A stretch of DNA of 32,000 nucleotides from Trichodesmium erythraeum IMS101 (GCF_000014265.1 NC_008312.1:3660001-3692000), one strand, 5' to 3'. Positions 1 to 9,910 are shown, numbered from the stretch's first letter. Made by a program: numbers and translations. The notes: generated by a model from the letters alone, not told the origin.

Positions 1-556
1 GCAATGTATCTTTCCATTCTTTATATTTATAATTACAAAATTCACCTGATATAGTAGTGAGTTGTACACAAAGAGGTTTACCTGTGTTACTACTTACAAT
101 TACATCTGTTGCCATCGACAAATCTGCAATATAACGATGTACAACAAAACCATCACGACTTTTAATTTGACGGGCGATAGACTCTATTAATTGAGCATCT
201 TTTTGATTAAACTCTCCTGATCTTAACTTTTGTTTCCATATATAGAATTTATGGTCATTTTTATTAAACCATTTTGGAAAAAGACTTTCATACCAGTATG
301 TAATTGGAGATGGAAGGTGCTGCAAAAATATTTGTCTTTCTTCATTTGTTAAAGATTGTAATTTTAACCAAAATTCTCCATCCTTAATTAATTCTAATAA
401 AAACCCTACTAAAAGCCTCTTTTGAGTTAGTGAGCCTGGTCTTATATCTTTAATCCAACGCCTGACTTCATCTAACCTCTGGGCTAAAGCAGGTTCGGTT
501 GACCAGGCAAGACGGCTAAGTTGTTTTAGCTTAGGCTCGATTTCTCTTGCTTGCAA
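1..556 (-). CDS. hypothetical protein (C-terminus lies beyond the window edge)
   Basis: Absent from the ORF track because it runs off the window. The reverse-strand frame is open for 185 codons, from TTG (556-554) to position 2. The codon just upstream (559-557) is TGA, and GGAGGG lies 3 nt before the TTG. Translation begins LQAREIEPKLKQLSRLAWSTEPALAQRLDEVRRWIKDIRPG. No family recognised. Confidence 0.5.
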   Translation of the reverse strand, partial: MQAREIEPKLKQLSRLAWSTEPALAQRLDEVRRWIKDIRPGSLTQKRLLVGFLLELIKDGEFWLKLQSLTNEERQIFLQHLPSPITYWYESLFPKWFNKNDHKFYIWKQKLRSGEFNQKDAQLIESIARQIKSRDGFVVHRYIADLSMATDVIVSSNTGKPLCVQLTTISGEFCNYKYKEWKDTL

Positions 557-871
557 TCACCCTCCTACATCAGACCCATTATAAGAATCTTTAAAAACTC
601 TTATATTATAACTTATATTGTAGCGGTTGATTCTTAATGTTAAGGATATTAACAAACTATAAAAGATCAAAATATTGTCTTTAAAGACATCTGTAGTAAT
701 AATACATGATCATCTATTGACTAATTTCATTTTAAGTGGTATAGAACCTTCAATACAACTACAATAAGATTGCACATATAAATCTTAAGGCGGCTTAAAA
801 AAAATAAAGATTCTTATGTTCATTCTAGGTTCACAATAATTATTAGCAGTAACTATAAATACAGAAAAGCA

Positions 872-2839
872 ATGTCAGAATTAACTATTGAATCAATCTT
901 ACAAGAAAAACGTCTTTTCCAACCACCAGAAAAATTTGTCCAAACGGCCCAAATTAAAGGTATAGAGCAATACAAGGAACTCTACGAAAAAGCTAAAAGT
1001 AACCCAGAAGAATTTTGGGCAGAATTAGCTGAAACAGAATTAGACTGGTTCCAAAAATGGGACAAAGTTCTTGAGTGGCAACCACCCTTTGCAAAATGGT
1101 TTATTAATGGCAAAATTAATATCTCTTATAACTGTCTAGATCGTCACCTTACTACCTGGCGAAGGAACAAAGCAGCCCTAATATGGGAAGGAGAACCAGG
1201 AGACTCTCGCACTATAACCTATGCTCAACTGCATCGAGAAGTATGTCAAATGGCAAATGTCTTTAAGCAATTAGGAGTAAAAAAAGGCGATCGCGTCGGT
1301 ATCTACATGCCCATGATTCCTGAAGCAGCGATCGCCATGTTAGCTTGTGCAAGAATTGGCGCCCCCCATACTGTCGTCTTTGGTGGATTCAGTGCTGATG
1401 CCCTCAAAAACCGCCTTGTTGATGCTGAAGCAAAATTAGTCGTCACTGCCGATGGAGGTTGGCGCAAAGATGCCATTGTTCCTCTCAAAGAACAAGTCGA
1501 CAAAGCACTCATGGCAGGTGCCCCTAGTGTAGAAAATGTTCTAGTTGTCAAACGTACTGCCCAAAAAATTCAGATGGAACCAGGGCGCGACCATTGGTGG
1601 CACGACCTTCAAAAAAGTGCTTCCGGGGAATGCCCAGCGGAACCAATGGATAGTGAAGATATGCTATTTATCCTTTACACAAGTGGCACAACAGGTACAC
1701 CCAAAGGAGTAGTACACACCACAGGTGGTTATAACCTTTATACTCACGTTACTAATAAATGGGCATTTGACTTACAAGACACAGATGTATATTGGTGTAC
1801 TGCTGATGTAGGATGGATTACAGGCCATAGTTATATTGTCTACGGTCCCCTCTCTAACGGTGCCACTACCCTTATGTATGAAGGGGCACCACGGGCATCT
1901 AATCCCGGTTGTCTCTGGGATGTAGTCGAAAAATATGGCGTCACCATCTTCTACACCGCCCCCACTGCAATTAGAGCATTAATGAAAATGGGAGAACAAC
2001 ACCCTAACTCTAGAAATCTAACTTCTCTACGTTTATTGGGAACAGTAGGAGAACCCATTAACCCAGAAGCTTGGATATGGTATCATCGTGTTATTGGTGA
2101 CAGTAAATGCCCAATAGTTGATACTTGGTGGCAAACTGAAACTGGTGGATTTATGATTACCCCCCTACCTGGTGCTACTCCGACTAAACCTGGTTCGGCA
2201 ACTTTCCCTTTTCCTGGTATAATTGCTGATATTGTGAATGAGGAGGGAGAATCTGTTGATGGTAATAATGGTGGTTATTTAGTCGTTAAACATCCTTGGC
2301 CGGGAATGATGCGGACTGTCTATGGTGATCCTGATCGTTTTCGTCGCACTTATTGGGAATACCTACGCCCGAAAAATGGAGAATATATTTATTTTGCTGG
2401 TGATGGTGCTCATAAAGACGAGGATGGTTATTTTTGGGTGATGGGTCGTGTTGATGATGTGATTAATGTAGCAGGTCATCGCCTGGGTACTATGGAAGTT
2501 GAGTCGGCGTTGGTGTCTCACCCTGCTGTGGCAGAGGCTGCAGTTGTTGGTAAACCTGATGAGGTTAAGGGTGAAGATATTGTAGCTTTTGTGAGTTTGG
2601 AAGGGGGACGGGAACCTGATGAAAATTTGGAGAAGGAGTTGAAGCAGCACGTTGTCAAGGAAATAGGAGCGATCGCTCGTCCTGGAGAGATTCGGTTTAC
2701 TGATGATTTACCAAAGACTCGCTCTGGTAAAATTATGCGACGGTTGTTACGTTCTCTGGCAGCAGGTCAGGAAATTACAGGGGATACTTCGACTTTGCAA
2801 GACCGTAGTGTATTAGATAAGTTACGCGCTGGTTCATAA
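872..2839 (+). CDS. acs: acetyl-CoA synthetase (AMP-forming)
   Basis: 655-aa ORF with AMP-binding signature [11 protein letters not shown], plus [31 protein letters not shown] and the C-terminal [14 protein letters not shown] lysine motif. Length and N-terminus are typical of Acs. TAA stop. Confidence 0.97.
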   Translation: MSELTIESILQEKRLFQPPEKFVQTAQIKGIEQYKELYEKAKSNPEEFWAELAETELDWFQKWDKVLEWQPPFAKWFINGKINISYNCLDRHLTTWRRNKAALIWEGEPGDSRTITYAQLHREVCQMANVFKQLGVKKGDRVGIYMPMIPEAAIAMLACARIGAPHTVVFGGFSADALKNRLVDAEAKLVVTADGGWRKDAIVPLKEQVDKALMAGAPSVENVLVVKRTAQKIQMEPGRDHWWHDLQKSASGECPAEPMDSEDMLFILYTSGTTGTPKGVVHTTGGYNLYTHVTNKWAFDLQDTDVYWCTADVGWITGHSYIVYGPLSNGATTLMYEGAPRASNPGCLWDVVEKYGVTIFYTAPTAIRALMKMGEQHPNSRNLTSLRLLGTVGEPINPEAWIWYHRVIGDSKCPIVDTWWQTETGGFMITPLPGATPTKPGSATFPFPGIIADIVNEEGESVDGNNGGYLVVKHPWPGMMRTVYGDPDRFRRTYWEYLRPKNGEYIYFAGDGAHKDEDGYFWVMGRVDDVINVAGHRLGTMEVESALVSHPAVAEAAVVGKPDEVKGEDIVAFVSLEGGREPDENLEKELKQHVVKEIGAIARPGEIRFTDDLPKTRSGKIMRRLLRSLAAGQEITGDTSTLQDRSVLDKLRAGS

Positions 2840-2854
2840 TAGGGCTACGGGTTC

Positions 2855-2883
2855 GTCAAAGGTTCAAAGTAATCTCTGAAACT
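2855..2883 (+). repeat. STRR-like heptamer-rich motif just 3' of acs (copy 1 of 2; partner at 20394-20420)
   Basis: gtcaaaggttcaaagtaatctctgaaact begins 15 nt after the acs stop. It closely matches gtcaaaagttaaaagtaatctctaact, which begins 26 nt after the stop of the HEAT-repeat gene. It has a heptamer-like periodicity (GTCAAAG GTTCAAA GTAATCT). Confidence 0.5.
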
Positions 2884-3023
2884 AATAGATTTGTTGGCTC
2901 TGGGAAAATTGAAAATGCTCTAAATCTTACTTAATCAGGTTTTTAGTGTTTTAAGTTTGAAAAATACTATCAACTTTTATCTGATATTAGTTTGAGCCTT
3001 TTTGTCCTCAGTTCCCAACAATT

Positions 3024-3225
3024 CTAATATCAGGATAATAAGTTATAAAAAAGTTTTTCTTTGTAATAATGCTTAAGCAATATCTATCTTATTCTTAAAG
3101 TTTGTAGTATGAGTTTAATAATAAGAAATGACTGAAATAAATAATATTAATTCCCGGAAGCTACCAATTAAAAATCCACTCAATAAAGCCGAAAATGTAA
3201 AAAAAAATTAAAAACAAATTTAAGC
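3024..3225 (+). repeat. decayed tandem duplicate of the promoter/5' end of the 3405-4739 gene
   Basis: About 66 nt (3025-3090) are roughly 90 percent identical to 3303-3370 (taatatcRggataat.aagttRtaaaaaaagtttttctttgta.taa.gcttaagcaatatctatctt). Similarity continues more weakly through a ghost start, ATG 3128 (MTEINNINS...), versus the real MTETNDINS... at 3417. The ghost ORF stops after 27 codons (3128-3211). Confidence 0.75.
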
Positions 3226-3404
3226 ACAAAATCCTATCAAAGGAATTAAATTCCTGATGTCAAGCTTAACATAATAACTATTTAACGGGAAACGATATAA
3301 TATAATATCGGGATAATTAAGTTGTAAAAAAAGTTTTTCTTTGTAGTAAAGCTTAAGCAATATCTATCTTGGCACTAAAGCTCTGCTACAAGCTTTAACA
3401 ATAA

Positions 3405-4739
3405 ATGATAACTGAAATGACTGAAACAAATGATATTAACTCCCCGGCAGCTAATTCTGAACAGTCTACCCAAACTACTCAGGATGTAAAAACAAAATCA
3501 AAAATAGACTCTTGGCAAAGTCATGTCAGTGGAATTTGGAATGATACCAACAAACGTTTCATGAAACTTCTCCCCATTGGTAAGGCAAGGCAAACAATAA
3601 TGCAATGGTTTACTGTGGATGAAGCTGAAGTTGCAAAGATATTAGTTAAGGTACGCGCCGAACTTCCTACCACTGAGGCTATTTTAATTGGTAAACCCCA
3701 AACAGGTAAAAGTTCCATAGTACGCGGTTTGACAGGGGTTTCAAAAGAAATAATCGGTCAAGGTTTTCGCCCCCAGACTCAACACACACAACGTTATGCT
3801 TATCCTTCTGATGATTTGCCATTGTTGATTTTTACTGATACTGTGGGGTTAGGAGATGTGAAACAGGAAACTCCTATTATTATTCACGAGCTTTTGGCAG
3901 AGTTGCAGCAGGAAAGCAACCGCGCCAGAATCTTGATTTTGACTGTAAAAATTAATGATTTTGCTACGGATACTTTACGACAGGTAGCACAACAGTTGCG
4001 ACAGGAATATCCAAATATTCCTTGTTTGTTAGCTGTGACTTGTCTGCACGAAGTTTACCCTCACTCCACTGAGGACCATCCCGAATATCCTCCAGAATAT
4101 GAGGAGCTCCAGCGCGCTTTTGCTACTATTAAAGAAGATTTTGCCGAGTTGTATAATAGTTCTGTATTGCTCGACTTTACTTTGGAAGAGGATGGGTATA
4201 ACCCGGTGTTTTATGGTTTAGAAGCCTTTAGAGATAATTTAGCACAATTACTCCCAGAAGCAGAAGCACGAACAATTCATCAATTATTAGATGAGCAAAC
4301 AAGTAAACAACTGGGGAATATTTACCGAGATGTTGCGAGGCGTTACATTTTGTCATTTACTATTATGGCAGCTACGGCAGCAGCAGTACCTTTGCCTTTT
4401 GCAACTATGCCAGTATTGACAGCGTTGCAAGTGTCGATGGTGGGTTTATTGGGAAATTTGTATGGGCAAACAATTTCTCCATCACAAGCTGGAGGGGTTG
4501 TTAGTGCTATTGGTGGCGGTTTTTTAGCTCAAGCAGTGGGGCGAGAGTTGATTAAATTTGTGCCTGGGTTGGGGAGCGCGATCGCTGCTTCTTGGGTAGC
4601 CGCTTATACTTGGGCTTTAGGTGAAAGTGCTTGTGTTTATTTTGGAGATTTGATGGGAGGAAAAAAGCCAGATCCACAAAAAATTCAGGGAGTAATGCAG
4701 GAGGCTTTTGAGTCGGCACAGGAAAGATTTAAAGGCTAG
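3405..4739 (+). CDS. P-loop GTPase with C-terminal DUF697-like membrane domain
   Basis: 444-aa ORF with G1 GKPQTGKSS and G3 DTVGLGD. The C-terminal Gly/Ala-rich hydrophobic region (AATAAAVPLPFATMPVLTALQVSMVGLLGNLYG...GGGFLAQAVGRELIKFVPGLGSAIAASW) resembles DUF697/YcjF-type domains. ATG 3417 is the start mirrored in the upstream ghost copy, so it may be the true start. Confidence 0.85.
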   Translation: MITEMTETNDINSPAANSEQSTQTTQDVKTKSKIDSWQSHVSGIWNDTNKRFMKLLPIGKARQTIMQWFTVDEAEVAKILVKVRAELPTTEAILIGKPQTGKSSIVRGLTGVSKEIIGQGFRPQTQHTQRYAYPSDDLPLLIFTDTVGLGDVKQETPIIIHELLAELQQESNRARILILTVKINDFATDTLRQVAQQLRQEYPNIPCLLAVTCLHEVYPHSTEDHPEYPPEYEELQRAFATIKEDFAELYNSSVLLDFTLEEDGYNPVFYGLEAFRDNLAQLLPEAEARTIHQLLDEQTSKQLGNIYRDVARRYILSFTIMAATAAAVPLPFATMPVLTALQVSMVGLLGNLYGQTISPSQAGGVVSAIGGGFLAQAVGRELIKFVPGLGSAIAASWVAAYTWALGESACVYFGDLMGGKKPDPQKIQGVMQEAFESAQERFKG

Positions 4740-4766
4740 CATGGGCATTTTTTTTGTTCCTTTTTT

Positions 4767-4790
4767 TTAGTTATTAGTTATCAGTACTGA
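4767..4790 (+). repeat. STRR-like heptamer run (TTAGTTA TTAGTTA TCAGTAC)
   Basis: Read directly from the sequence, following T-runs just 3' of the 3405-4739 gene. Heptamer tandem repeats in intergenic DNA are characteristic of heterocystous cyanobacteria. Confidence 0.5.
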
Positions 4791-5246
4791 CCGCTGAAGT
4801 AAGCTGTCACAACTTGGTTATTGTTTGGAGGGTTTGTAGTCTGCAATGTTTATATTTACAAGGCACAAAAAATACTTTATCGTCTTTTGTTAAAAAAAAT
4901 TAAGTAACTAGTGACAATTTTAAAAAAATATGTTAAGGGCATCAGATATTAAGATGATCAAAATAATATTTGTTCATTTGAGGTAGTTGACAAAAATGTA
5001 CATACATGAAATTGAGGAATTTTGGGGTTCAATCATGGCCAAGTGATAACTGTGTTATGGGAATAATGATTAAACCAAGAAACTGTTAGGCTAATGATTA
5101 GAAAAAGATATCTCAATAGGTTTTATACTATTATTTCCTGATTGGCTAAATCTTTTTCTGAGCTCCCTACTCTAATTGAGATTGATATTATTTAGTTAAT
5201 AATGCAATAATATTTCGGCACTATTGAGCAATAATAATATTCTGTT

Positions 5247-6287
5247 ATGATATCTGAAGTTCCCCAATTCCCCGAAGCTCTTGCCGAAGCTTTAAATAAT
5301 TTTCCCGAACTCAATTTAGACCTACCAGACCCAGAAGATGAAGAAATTCCTGACTCTGAGTTTGAAAATGTAGTAGATATAGCCTGGAAAGTTTGCGATC
5401 GCTTTGATCTCCAGACCGAAATTTGGCGAGGCCGTATCCTGAGAATTATTAGAGACCGAGAAAAAAAAGGGGGCGATGGCCGGGGTAGCGGATTTCTAAA
5501 TTGGCTTAAAGAAAGAGAAATTGGTAAAAGCCAAGCTTATGCCTTAATAGAATTGGCCAATAGTGCCGATACTTTAATGGATAAAGGACATTTAGACCCC
5601 GACTCAATTAATAATTTTAGCAAAAGGGCTTTTGTGGAAACAGCTAAATCTTCCACAGAAGTCCAACAAATGGTTACAGATGCAGCGAAAAAAGGGGATC
5701 GAATTACTAGACGAGAAGTTAAGCAACTAGCAGACGAATGGACGGCCGTTAGTTCGGATTTGCTTCCAGAGGAAATTAGATCCAAGGCTACTTCTGGTTC
5801 TATGCCACCACGTTATTTAGCTCCCCTAGTCCGGGAAATGGAAAAATTACCAGATTCCCATTTAAATGCAATTCAAGAGGAAATAGTACAAAGTCCAGAA
5901 TTAGATACTATCAAGCAACTAACCTCAGATGCTCGTAACTTATCAAAATATCTTGATGCTGCGGCCAAGGTTCAAGCATTGAACGAATCATCATTAGATA
6001 TGGAAATGGTATTAGAAGAAGCTTTAAGATTAGAGTGTCTCAATATAGTTGCTGACCTGGTCAAACAATCTGCCCAATTAGAAACAACAATGGCCAAACT
6101 TTATAGTAGCTGGAGGCGTTTAGGTAATTTATCAGAACGATTATTTGTGGATACTGGTGCTAGTACACCTCATTTACGACATTTATTAGGGTGTCTTGAT
6201 AAGCTTTCAAGTAATGTAATTGAACTGAGCTTAAATGACCTTAATAATCAAACTGTTCGTTTACAAATACTATCGGAGACTGATTAA
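5247..6287 (+). CDS. hypothetical protein (acidic N-terminus, possible HTH-like segment, helical C-terminal half)
   Basis: 346-aa ATG-initiated ORF with an acidic stretch DLPDPEDEEIPDSEFE. The segment FLNWLKEREIGKSQAYALIELAN looks helix-turn-helix-like, which is inference only. It lies on the same strand as the dynamin-like gene and 90-120 nt upstream of it. No family recognised. Confidence 0.7.
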   Translation: MISEVPQFPEALAEALNNFPELNLDLPDPEDEEIPDSEFENVVDIAWKVCDRFDLQTEIWRGRILRIIRDREKKGGDGRGSGFLNWLKEREIGKSQAYALIELANSADTLMDKGHLDPDSINNFSKRAFVETAKSSTEVQQMVTDAAKKGDRITRREVKQLADEWTAVSSDLLPEEIRSKATSGSMPPRYLAPLVREMEKLPDSHLNAIQEEIVQSPELDTIKQLTSDARNLSKYLDAAAKVQALNESSLDMEMVLEEALRLECLNIVADLVKQSAQLETTMAKLYSSWRRLGNLSERLFVDTGASTPHLRHLLGCLDKLSSNVIELSLNDLNNQTVRLQILSETD

Positions 6288-6407
6288 TTAGTATTCAGCT
6301 TTTTCTTTCCTAGGACTTAGGTGGAAACTGAGCATGAAAACAATGCTAGGTTTATCCTATAAATAGGAGTTAAACTAATGCTAGTTTTACCTCAAATATG
6401 AATAGTA

Positions 6408-6848
6408 TTGAATACTTTGTTGATTCTATCAGCAATGTTCGATAACCCCTATAAAAACAAAATTAAAATGAGTAGTGCTGTAAACGAAATATTTCAAGAT
6501 GTTGAATTTAAAGCACAACTCCTAGTTAAGTCTTGGCATAACTTCTATATAGAAATATCTCAGCATTTGCCTGAGACATATCAGCCTGAGATGAAGGAAC
6601 TCTCTAATAATTTAGAGAAAGCACTAGAAAAACTACTTGGTGAGCTTCGTAGTCCAACACTGACTATTGCAACGACAGGAACTACTAGTAGTGGTAAAAG
6701 CACACTTGTGAATTTGTTATGTGAAGCTGAAATTGTTCCTATGGCAGTAAGCGAAATGAGTGCTGGAGTAGTTACTATTGAATATAGCGATAAAATATCT
6801 TTAGTAATTGATGAAACACCTGAAGCTACCTGGGAGTGTGGAGAATGA
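6408..6848 (+). pseudogene. dynamin-like GTPase, 5' fragment (P-loop only), ends at an in-frame TGA
   Basis: ORF-track ORF with a TTG start and in-frame ATGs at 6435 and 6468. It carries a dynamin-type G1 motif, TTGTTSSGKSTLVNLL. It ends at TGA 6846-6848, in the same frame as ORF 6894-8879. An SD-preceded ATG at 6378 is also in this frame but is cut off by another TGA at 6399-6401. Confidence 0.8.
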
Positions 6849-6893
6849 CAAGGTATTAGTGAAGAAGAAATTTATCAACGCTTAGAAGAGGTA

Positions 6894-8879
6894 ATGATAA
6901 ATTACATTGATCAAAGAGAGGAAAACCCAAACTTAGCTTGTCCACAGTCTGCAATTAGCTACCCCTTCAAATTTTTAAAACGATCTGATCTGGAACTTCC
7001 TAGAGGCACTAAGGTACGGATAATGGATCTGCCTGGTTTAGCTTATGTAGGTGATGAAGGAAATACCAGTGTCATTCGACAGTGCCGTGAAGCTTTATGT
7101 CTCGTCACATACAACAGTGCGGAAACAGATAAACAAAAAGTTAGGAGTTTATTACAGGAAGTCGTTACACAAGTTAAAGACTTAGGAGGTTCTCCGGCAC
7201 GGATGCTTTTCGTTCTAAATAAAATTGATGTTTTCAGGGCCGATAACAATTGGGAGAGATCAGAAAAACGTTTCATTGACAAGACTATCAAGAGCATAAA
7301 AACTGAGTTGAGTGACCGACTGAAAGAATATACAGAAGAAATTGAGAATTTACAGGTTGTCAAACTTAGCACATTGCCTGCTCTTCTGGCTCTTGAGATA
7401 CAAAATAAAAATAATGACTACATTAAAGCTTGTAAGAAGGTAAAAAAACAGTTTTATGGAATTGTTGAAGATATATTAGATAATTTGGTGGGCAATGTAG
7501 AAAAATGGTCTAAGCCTGAGCGTAACAAAGTTGCAGAGGAATTGTGGCAAAAGTCTTATGCAGGTGTTTTTTTTTACAACTTGAAGAATCATATCACTGA
7601 ACATTTTCCGCAACTGGTGATACCACAAGCAATAGAACGTTTTAATGTTGCTGCGGGAAACGCTGTAGTAGAGTGGGCAAAACAAACAACAACGGCTATT
7701 CTTAATAGTTCAGAGGATCGTTATCAACAAGAGTGTAAAGAGATAGAACGCATTAGAAAATCCATTGAACATTTCCTTGACATTCATTCAAGCAACTTAA
7801 GAGAACCTTTCGAAGAAGTAGGTAAAAAAATTCAACAGGTTTTCAAACAACAGTCTGAAGATGATCCTGTTGTGTATTTAGAAAACACAGTCATAAAACT
7901 TATGGATGCTAAACCCTATGACTCCCTGGGAGAAAAGTTATTCCCACTCTTTGGATGGCGCAGAGAACTGGCACAAGGAATCTCCAAAGTTTTGGAAGCA
8001 GTTGGAGAGTCTTTGGAAACAGGAAAAGTAGATATAGAGAGTACAGAACTCAAAAAAGCCAATTACAATTATGTAAATTTACTGGAAGCAAACTTAAAGA
8101 GACTTGTGGGTTTAGGCTATACCGCTTCTGTCGCCAAAGAAGGTAAAAATATGGAGGCAAAAACTAAGAGTGAAAAAGAGGAACTTGGACAATTGAACAC
8201 AGAATTAAATTTATTAGCTACTCATTTGAATCTTGTGCTTGAGGATGTAGCAAACCAGATTTCACACCAAGAATTAAACAGGATTTATCAAGCGGTTGTA
8301 GAGCTTTTTAGTTGTCACTTGTCTTATATTGAAAAAGGTTCAAATGATATCGCACCAAATATGGCTATTAAGTTTCCAGATTCTCAAATTAGTAGGGTGA
8401 CAGCTGATCGACCGCTTAAATTTACCTTTAAGTTTAAAGCAGGATTTCCTATTACAGAAGGAACTTGGGAAGAGCGTGTACAAACAAAGGTTCAGAAAAG
8501 GGTTTGGTGGAAGTTATGGTTGGGGACATCAACGTTTTATGAAATCGAGTATCGAAAACGCTCTAGCGATAATGCTGAGATACCTAGCGTGGAAAATTTG
8601 CTAGATGGTTGGCTAATTCAATCTCAACAAGCAGAAGGAGAAATTGTTAAGCAAATAGCACATTGGTTACTAGAACAAATTGAAAGTCTTAATAAAAAGG
8701 TAAGCGAGGTTCAAAGCGGTATTATTAATGCTTATCAGTCAAGGCTCGATCAAGCTCGCAAAGAAGTCACTATAGATTATGAAAAAGAAAAAAATATCTG
8801 GGAACCTATGGGAAAGAAGGCTCAACAACTCACGGATGAATTTTCTAGCTTGGCAAAAATCTTAAGCAAAGGGTCTTAA
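6894..8879 (+). pseudogene. dynamin-like GTPase, 3' fragment (G3/G4 motifs plus stalk-like region)
   Basis: 661 aa. G3 RIMDLPGL and G4 VLNKIDVF sit at dynamin-like spacing from the G1 motif in the upstream fragment. The remainder is long and helical. A Trp-rich hydrophobic patch, RVWWKLWLGTSTFY, could be a membrane paddle. The 15 codons upstream of the tracked ATG (6849-6893) are sense codons in the same frame. Confidence 0.85.
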
Positions 8880-9755
8880 ATGATCGTGACAAATAACGTA
8901 TATGACAATGATTATTATTATGAACGAGTTGTGGAGGAAGTATATCCACACTTAGAAAAGCAAGAACGAGGTTTACTATATAGAGCAATTCAGATAATAC
9001 ATGGAGAAGAAAAATCACAAACCCCAAAAAATACTCAAGACATATGTAAAAGTCTAGATATAAATGCCAATGCTGATAAAAAAGATGACGTCAAAAAAGC
9101 TAAGCAGTTTTTAATAGGAAGGCTAGAAAAATATTATCTAGATAATAAGGATCAAAATATTTTACAAAAGATAGGTAATGTTTGGGAATACAGAGAAAAA
9201 ACAACATCAAAAAAAATACAAGCAGGAGATGATAAAATGATAGAAATTAGGTTGATTATTATAGGGGCTTGTACATTAGTTGGATTTCTTGCTTGTCGGG
9301 ATTATCTTGATAAAGAACGAAAAAAATCAGAAAGAAAGAAAGTTATTTCTCAAGAAAGAAAAGAGCAGCCTTCTCCTCCTCCAATTCCCGCTTCGTTGTG
9401 TCTTGTTGTTCCAGCGAGGATAGCCAGCACTCTAGAAACCAACTCTAGTTTATTAAGTGTTAATAGTGTAAAATACCTCATAGACAATACTGCATACTTC
9501 TTATGTACAACATGTAAAGTAGCTGATTCAAATGAGCAAGAATACTTAAAAATCGCCAAAGAAAAAGAGATTTTACCTAATAGTCAACGAGACGTTTATA
9601 TCAGGATTGATATCAATTCTGGAGGCAAAAATCTTATTGATAAAAAGAACCGTTTGGCGTTGAAGAACAATCTACCAGAGAATGCAGAGTTTGCTTTAAA
9701 AGAAGTGGCTCGTCTCAAAGATTTATCTGGCCTAGAAAAATTTATTCGTATTTAG
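8880..9755 (+). CDS. hypothetical single-pass membrane protein, translationally coupled to the dynamin-like gene
   Basis: 291 aa. Its ATG abuts the upstream TAA (TAAATG, 8877-8882). It has one hydrophobic helix (IEIRLIIIGACTLVGFLAC), then a charged linker and a Pro-rich linker (QPSPPPIP). The sequence is visibly AT-rich. No family recognised. Confidence 0.7.
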   Translation: MIVTNNVYDNDYYYERVVEEVYPHLEKQERGLLYRAIQIIHGEEKSQTPKNTQDICKSLDINANADKKDDVKKAKQFLIGRLEKYYLDNKDQNILQKIGNVWEYREKTTSKKIQAGDDKMIEIRLIIIGACTLVGFLACRDYLDKERKKSERKKVISQERKEQPSPPPIPASLCLVVPARIASTLETNSSLLSVNSVKYLIDNTAYFLCTTCKVADSNEQEYLKIAKEKEILPNSQRDVYIRIDINSGGKNLIDKKNRLALKNNLPENAEFALKEVARLKDLSGLEKFIRI

Positions 9756-9877
9756 GGCGTAAAAATGAATGATCAAGCTGCTTATTTATATTATGCAGTT
9801 TGTATTTTTCCCCTAATTTATCTCAATTACACACTCTAAAAGTTAAGTTTTTTCTTGATAAATTGAAAATAATTTTG

Positions 9878-9910
9878 AGCTGGATTAACTGTATTAAATC
9901 CAGCTTTTTA
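9878..9910 (+). terminator. Rho-independent terminator candidate closing the 5247-9755 gene string
   Basis: The 9-bp stem agctggatt (9878-9886) / aatccagct (9897-9905) is followed directly by a T-run (ttttatt). Confidence 0.6.

Noticed and set aside
1303-2650. Antisense or shadow ORFs inside well-supported genes. Examples: 1303-1551, 2363-2650, 3521-3718, 5537-5785, 7043-7372, 7476-7685, 12727-12957, 13309-13596, 13780-14151, 15250-15582, 17679-17864, 19938-20150, 21328-21519, 22782-23009, 23939-24139, 25345-25584 and 31271-31504
   Set aside because: All lie wholly inside longer ORFs that have clear family signatures. Their translations are low-complexity or hydrophobic nonsense.
6846-6848. 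In-frame TGA as a selenocysteine codon, or the two dynamin-like ORFs as a natural LeoB/LeoC-style split
   Set aside because: I saw no SECIS-like hairpin immediately downstream, and selenoproteins are not expected here. The break falls between G1 and G3 inside the GTPase domain, so the pieces could not fold as independent functional units the way natural GTPase/stalk splits do.
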